A stretch of 64,000 bases of DNA from Octopus bimaculoides. Taxonomy: Eukaryota. Below the pieces are notes generated by a model that saw only the letters and a program-made list of their open reading frames with translations, did no database searches and had not been told where the DNA came from. Within the stretch, counting starts at the first letter, position 1; each line of letters opens with the position of its first letter. Positions 59,323 through 64,000 of this stretch are shown piece after piece. A program made the translations under genes and the position numbers. The DNA is taken from NCBI RefSeq assembly GCF_001194135.2, contig NC_068993.1, positions 55,887,855-55,951,854 on the forward strand, read 5' to 3'.

Positions 59323-60881
59323 CTGTAAGGAACAAAACATTATCATTATTAAAGAATTGTTAGAGCATCGCAAAAAATACCTTGTGGTATTTCGTCTGGC
59401 TCTTTACATCCTCAGTTCAAATCCTGCAGGGGTCAACTTAGCCTTTCGTTCCTCACAGATTAATAATATAAAGTACCAGTTAAATAATGAGGTCAACAGT
59501 ACTGACTTACTGCCCTTCTCTCATTATTGTAGGACTTGTAATTAAATTAGAAACAATTTTTGTTGTATTACAAGAGTTAAATGTGATAGGACAGTGCCAG
59601 TGACATGTAAAAGGCACCCACTACATTCTTGGAGTGGTTGGCATTAGGAAAGGCACTCAATCACAGAAATCAAGCCAAATCAGACTGGAGCCTGGTACAG
59701 CTCTCCAGATTACTCATTCCAGTTAAACTGTCTAACCCATGCCAGCATGGAAAATGGACGCTAAATGATGATGATGAATGAGACAGCTCTATGCACTGAC
59801 TGCACACAGATTAACTAGTAGAGAGTCTCCTTGAATAGTTACTCAGAGTGTTTCGAATCTCTGTTAAACTTGTTACTGTCATTAACTGCAAAATGGCTAT
59901 TCCAGAAATGATGTCAAATATCTACCAAAAAAAATATTTCCTGCAAGTCCCTTTGCCTCAACAAACTTGACATATCTCAACAAGAAAATTTCAAATATGA
60001 TATTCCTCCTCAACAAAAAGTAGATTGATACACAAAACTGCTCTCCGCAGTTAAGGGTAATGAAATTTTGAGTGAAAACACCTGATTTCTACAGGTAGAT
60101 GACCAACAAAAATGTGAACATAAAAGTCAGTTCCACAGTGATTGTATATATGATGAACTATATCAGGACAATATGTATTTTATCCCACGATAACACTGAT
60201 CCCTGAAGGCACATGGCCCAGTGGTTAGAGCATCAGGCTCACAATCATGAAGTAGTGAGTTCGATTCCTGGATTGGGCTGTGTGTTGTGTTCTTGAGCAA
60301 GACATTTTATTTCCCATTGCTCCAGTTTACTCAGCTGTAGAAAAGAGTTGTGACATCGCTGGTGCTAAGCAGTATCGGCCTTTGCCTTTCCCCTGGATAA
60401 CCTCAGTGGCATGGAGAAGGGAGGCCGGTATGCATGGGCGACTGCTGGTCTTCCATAAACAACCTTGCCCAGATTTGGAGGGGAACTTTCTAGGTGCAAT
60501 CCCATGACCTTTCATGACAGAAAGGGTGGGAGCTTTTATCACTGACTTCAAGTTGATCTGAATCCCTTGTTGGCTTTGTCTTGAATAGAGAAGACCACAT
60601 TAAATAAAGGTGTCCCGAATGTAAACTGCTTGAAAGGAAGATGGGATGGGAACAGGCCTGTCTCATCAAGACTGATCTGGGCAAAACGTTTGAAGTATAA
60701 AATGAGTAACATACTTGTAGAATTCAGCATATTTAGCTTTTCTTGGGAGTTGAACTCCAAATTTCCAGGCCAAACCAAATGAAATAGAAACAGCTGTTCC
60801 AATTGCTAGTTCTAAAGGAAGTCTGGAGGTGAGAAGATTTCTCATCTTGGGTTTTGGTAATTTGGTTACAGTAGATGCCAT
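59229..60881 (-). CDS. COX6C: Cytochrome c oxidase subunit 6C (2 coding exons, 86 aa)
   Basis: MASTVTKLPKPKMRNLL...WKFGVQLPRKAKYAEFYK + TYDAEADFQRMKKAGVFQCV matches COX6C (LPKPRMRGLL...YADFYRNYD...F..M.KAGIFQSV). Confidence 0.95.
60205..60520 (+). mobile_element. tRNA-derived SINE with distinct 3' tail
   Basis: Head ggcacatggcccagtggttagagc...gagttcgattcc; the tail ggagggaactttctaggtgcaatcccatg is shared with 55725-55780 (-). Confidence 0.8.
60715..60881 (-). CDS. COX6C: COX6C coding exon 1
   Basis: Acceptor ctgttttag directly precedes the ATG; donor AA|GTATGT; 167 nt, ends phase 2. Confidence 0.95.
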
Positions 60882-61055
60882 CTAAAACAGAGCATGGAAA
60901 ACAGACGTTAACTGATGATGATGATGATGTGTGTGTGTGTGTGTGCGTATGTATATATATATATATATAGTTCAAAAAAAGGAAAAAGACAAAAAACAAC
61001 GTGAGGACGTGATACAGATTGTGTTACTAGACGCTCGGGAAAGGAAAGAAAGAGA

Positions 61056-61088
<33 letters not shown>

Positions 61089-61112
61089 TATATACATATA
61101 TAAATGAAATTT

Positions 61113-61243
61113 GGATAAATTTTCAGATTAACACCCGCACGATTTTCACTAGGGTGTTAGAGTTAGGGTCAGGTAATTCCGTCCCTAACCCTGACCTTAA
61201 AACCCTAGTGAAGATCGTGCGGGTGTTAATCTGAAAATTTACC
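61113..61243. mobile_element. Short fold-back MITE, GG...CC termini, telomere-like spacer
   Basis: 42-43-bp arms with 1 mismatch and 1 indel; flanking direct repeat GAAATTT; spacer related to the core of the 20110 element. Confidence 0.8.
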
Positions 61244-62565
61244 GAAATTTGTGTGGTTACTCAAATTGCTAAAGATAGTAGCCAAATCTGTTAGACTAAA
61301 TAACAAACGTGCAGGCCATGATTAGAACACCTTTGATCACAGCTAACCTGGGGCTAAAGAATATCTGCACACTACGACGAAGAGAATTTGAGTTGTTCAT
61401 CCATTGACGGATAAGAGAAGTAAAAAAGAAAGATCGATATCTGATGTATAACATTTTACTTTCATTTGGACTGAAATATAGAGAATTTATTGGTGTTTTA
61501 AAGTAGGTAATACTGAAATTTATTTTATCATTGACTCTCGAAAGTGGAAGGACAAAACCCACGGAGAAATATATAGCCTCCTCGTGGAGTGTGGTGAGAA
61601 CAAAGCGAAGGACTAAACACATTATAGAATTTAGATTGGTCTTTTTCGTTTCTGTGGTCAATCAACTCCGACTCGGTCGATTTTACAATCTTCCGGGGTT
61701 GATACATTAAGTAACATACATTCGTATTTTATCGTTCAAAAGTCGATGAAATAACGATCTTCACCGCGTTACTGGGTGGATATTTTCGCTTATCTATAAC
61801 GAGAAGATTATATTGTCGTTTCTTCCTGCCTAGAAAAGTAGTCAAGCAAGGTTGTTGAACAAAATAGAACTCGCCATTCAGAAACTAGTTTGAAAATTGG
61901 TTCCCGGAAATGTTTTCCCTTTCTGTTCAATTTCTTAAATTAGAATACAAAATAACCACATAGGAATATTCAACGTTCTGAAATTAATGAAATAGTTGTT
62001 TAAAGGATACAATACAGACTAATTAATAAAAAAAGGAGTGGCGTGGTAACGAGGAATAATTTTGACTTTATTTAAATGAATAATATATTACTTTTAATTA
62101 TCAACCTGAATCTATATAGATTAGACAGGTTGTTGTTTAACGAGAAAACAGTTTGATTCTGCAGGACAATGGTAAGGACATTCCAGCCATGACCATACAG
62201 TGTATTCAGGACATTATCGGTGTCCTTCGTTTTCCCTTTTAAGACTGTTGTGTGTGATTCCAAGGATATTTAGCAACTATTTCTTTCAAATCGAGTGACC
62301 ATATAAAGATTGATCCGTGATAGAGGCTTCTTTTTTTTTTTTTTTGAGGTTAATGTAATTAATGAGAGTAAATGAGAAGTTACAGGTGAGAGCGATGAAT
62401 ATGAGGAAGAGGTCATTTGAGGTTTGTAGGTAACAGTTTGAAAGTCAAGATTAACAGACCGGAGATATACCTCCAAATATGAATTAGAAGCAGCGCTAGT
62501 ACACACACACTAACCATTAAGCACATCAACATGAAAATAGCATGGCATTTAGATAGATTACTTAC

Positions 62566-62700
62566 GGTGTTTGGTGATGGCGTGTCTCAGAGGCAACAGA
62601 CAACGAGTTTAACCTTCACTGCAGAAGGAAGACACAAGCTATCCCAGAATACACCCCTATAAAGCGAGGTAACCGAATATTAAATATAAACTTCCGGCAA
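62566..62700 (-). promoter_or_regulatory. COX6C: Likely COX6C non-coding first exon and promoter with ETS/GABP motif
   Basis: Donor ACC|GTAAGT at 62565; CCGGAAGT at 62690-62697 (minus) and GCGGAAGT at 63009-63016 (plus); the coding exon begins at an acceptor, so an upstream exon is required. The start is approximate. Confidence 0.5.
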
Positions 62701-64000
62701 GGGAAATAACTCTTACGTAATTTCAATAGCAGCCAAGGGAGACTACTGGTAGTCAACAGAGCCCGTGAGATGACCTCTTCGAAGGCATTTGAGTTACTAG
62801 AAACAGCAACCAAATGTATCCCAAATTAAGCTACATTGCTTAAAAACGGTCGAGGATATATTAAACTATATGAGAACTGTCTGCTGAATCAAGACTAACC
62901 TTAAAAAAACTAAAAAACTAAAACTTAAAAAACTAACAGTTAAAAAAAGCAATTGATTGACCAAAAAACCTGGTGTTAAATAATAACATCTCTTATATAT
63001 AAATCGAAGCGGAAGTCTGAATCAATGTGCGTGCTTTAGTGGGGTCGCTGGCTCTACTAGAAATAGCAGCGTAATATTCTTCAATCTACAAAAAAACAAA
63101 AAAAAAGACACATTGAATAATGCCGTCCTAGGGATACAGCACGTTTGAATAAAAGACAGAGTAATCATGCCCGGAATGTCTTTGATCGAAGGTTTGCTGT
63201 TATTAGATCTGTTATGACTGCAGTCACAACTGTATAGCTAAGTGATTTCACATTCGATCCCACGCACGGGTCTCCAGTAGATAGAGTCTTGTTAGTGAAA
63301 CTTGGTAGATGAAAACTGCGTGGAAGTCCGCTTGAAGACCAGGGCCGTCTTAGCAGAATTATAAACCTCTGGACAAATCAATGCACTTGGTCTCATAGAA
63401 TTTATTTATTGACAGCAAGCGGGCACATACATAGATCAGAATTTCCCCTGAGACCAGGGCAACTGCTTAGTATGAGCCAGTCTTAAGACCTATTCCTGTT
63501 CTTCGGGTTAGATTTAATCCGTCACCCGGTACAGTACCACCACCTGAGCCTTTGGTACCTTTAGTGGAGCTCACTCAGCTGTAGGTTTCTGGAGACGGTC
63601 TCTGGTCAGTAAGTAAGCTCCTGCGTTTTGCTTAGCGATCTCAGAGGCCTTGAAGAGGGTCATGACTGCTGTTCTTCATCCTCTGAAAGATTTTGGCGAA
63701 AAGTTTTTCAAAATTTTTCAAAGGAATTTGATGAAACGAACTAAAGGATGGAATATGAGATAGAAAAAGAAGCAAGATTTGAATATCAGTTTTATTGCCG
63801 GCGTTACGGAGAGGTTGATGTATCAAAGTAAAGATTAACTGTGAATATATGTTTAAACCATAGGAAAACTAACAGCACTGTTTATATACACGTGTTAGGT
63901 GTTAGGTTTTGTAAAAAAATCCTTGCCGAGCTGATTATACATAAACACACACCCATCTTCTCACTCACATAAACCCACATTCGGATATATATATATATAT

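Overview
Eukaryotic (animal) genomic DNA: AT-rich, intron-rich, SINE- and microsatellite-dense, with five N gaps. The repeat landscape looks like octopus or another coleoid cephalopod (inference, not verified). Three spliced protein-coding genes were reconstructed by hand with phase-consistent GT-AG junctions. (1) NUP153 on the minus strand (ATG 34160, stop 6289): 27 coding exons, about 1618 aa, with N-terminal Nup153 motifs, five RanBP2-type zinc fingers each on its own phase-1/1 exon, an FxFG region and a basic C-terminal tail. (2) An uncharacterised 5-exon, about 276-aa gene on the plus strand (40277-56672) that the ORF track does not reveal. (3) COX6C on the minus strand (60881-59229), with likely non-coding 5' and 3' exons. 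Mobile DNA includes RTE, CR1/L2, CRE-like (restriction-like endonuclease) and Penelope retroelement relics, a mariner relic and MITE, and many tRNA-derived SINEs. The most unusual signals are two. First, several GG...CC terminal-inverted-repeat MITEs, three with perfect 8-bp target duplications, each carry a central TTAGGG/CCCTAA telomere-like palindrome, and two decayed Merlin/IS1016-like transposase N-termini lie in the same window. Second, an array of ten tandem near-consensus 5' splice sites sits inside the 3'UTR intron of COX6C. No CRISPR array, rRNA gene or intact tRNA gene was found.
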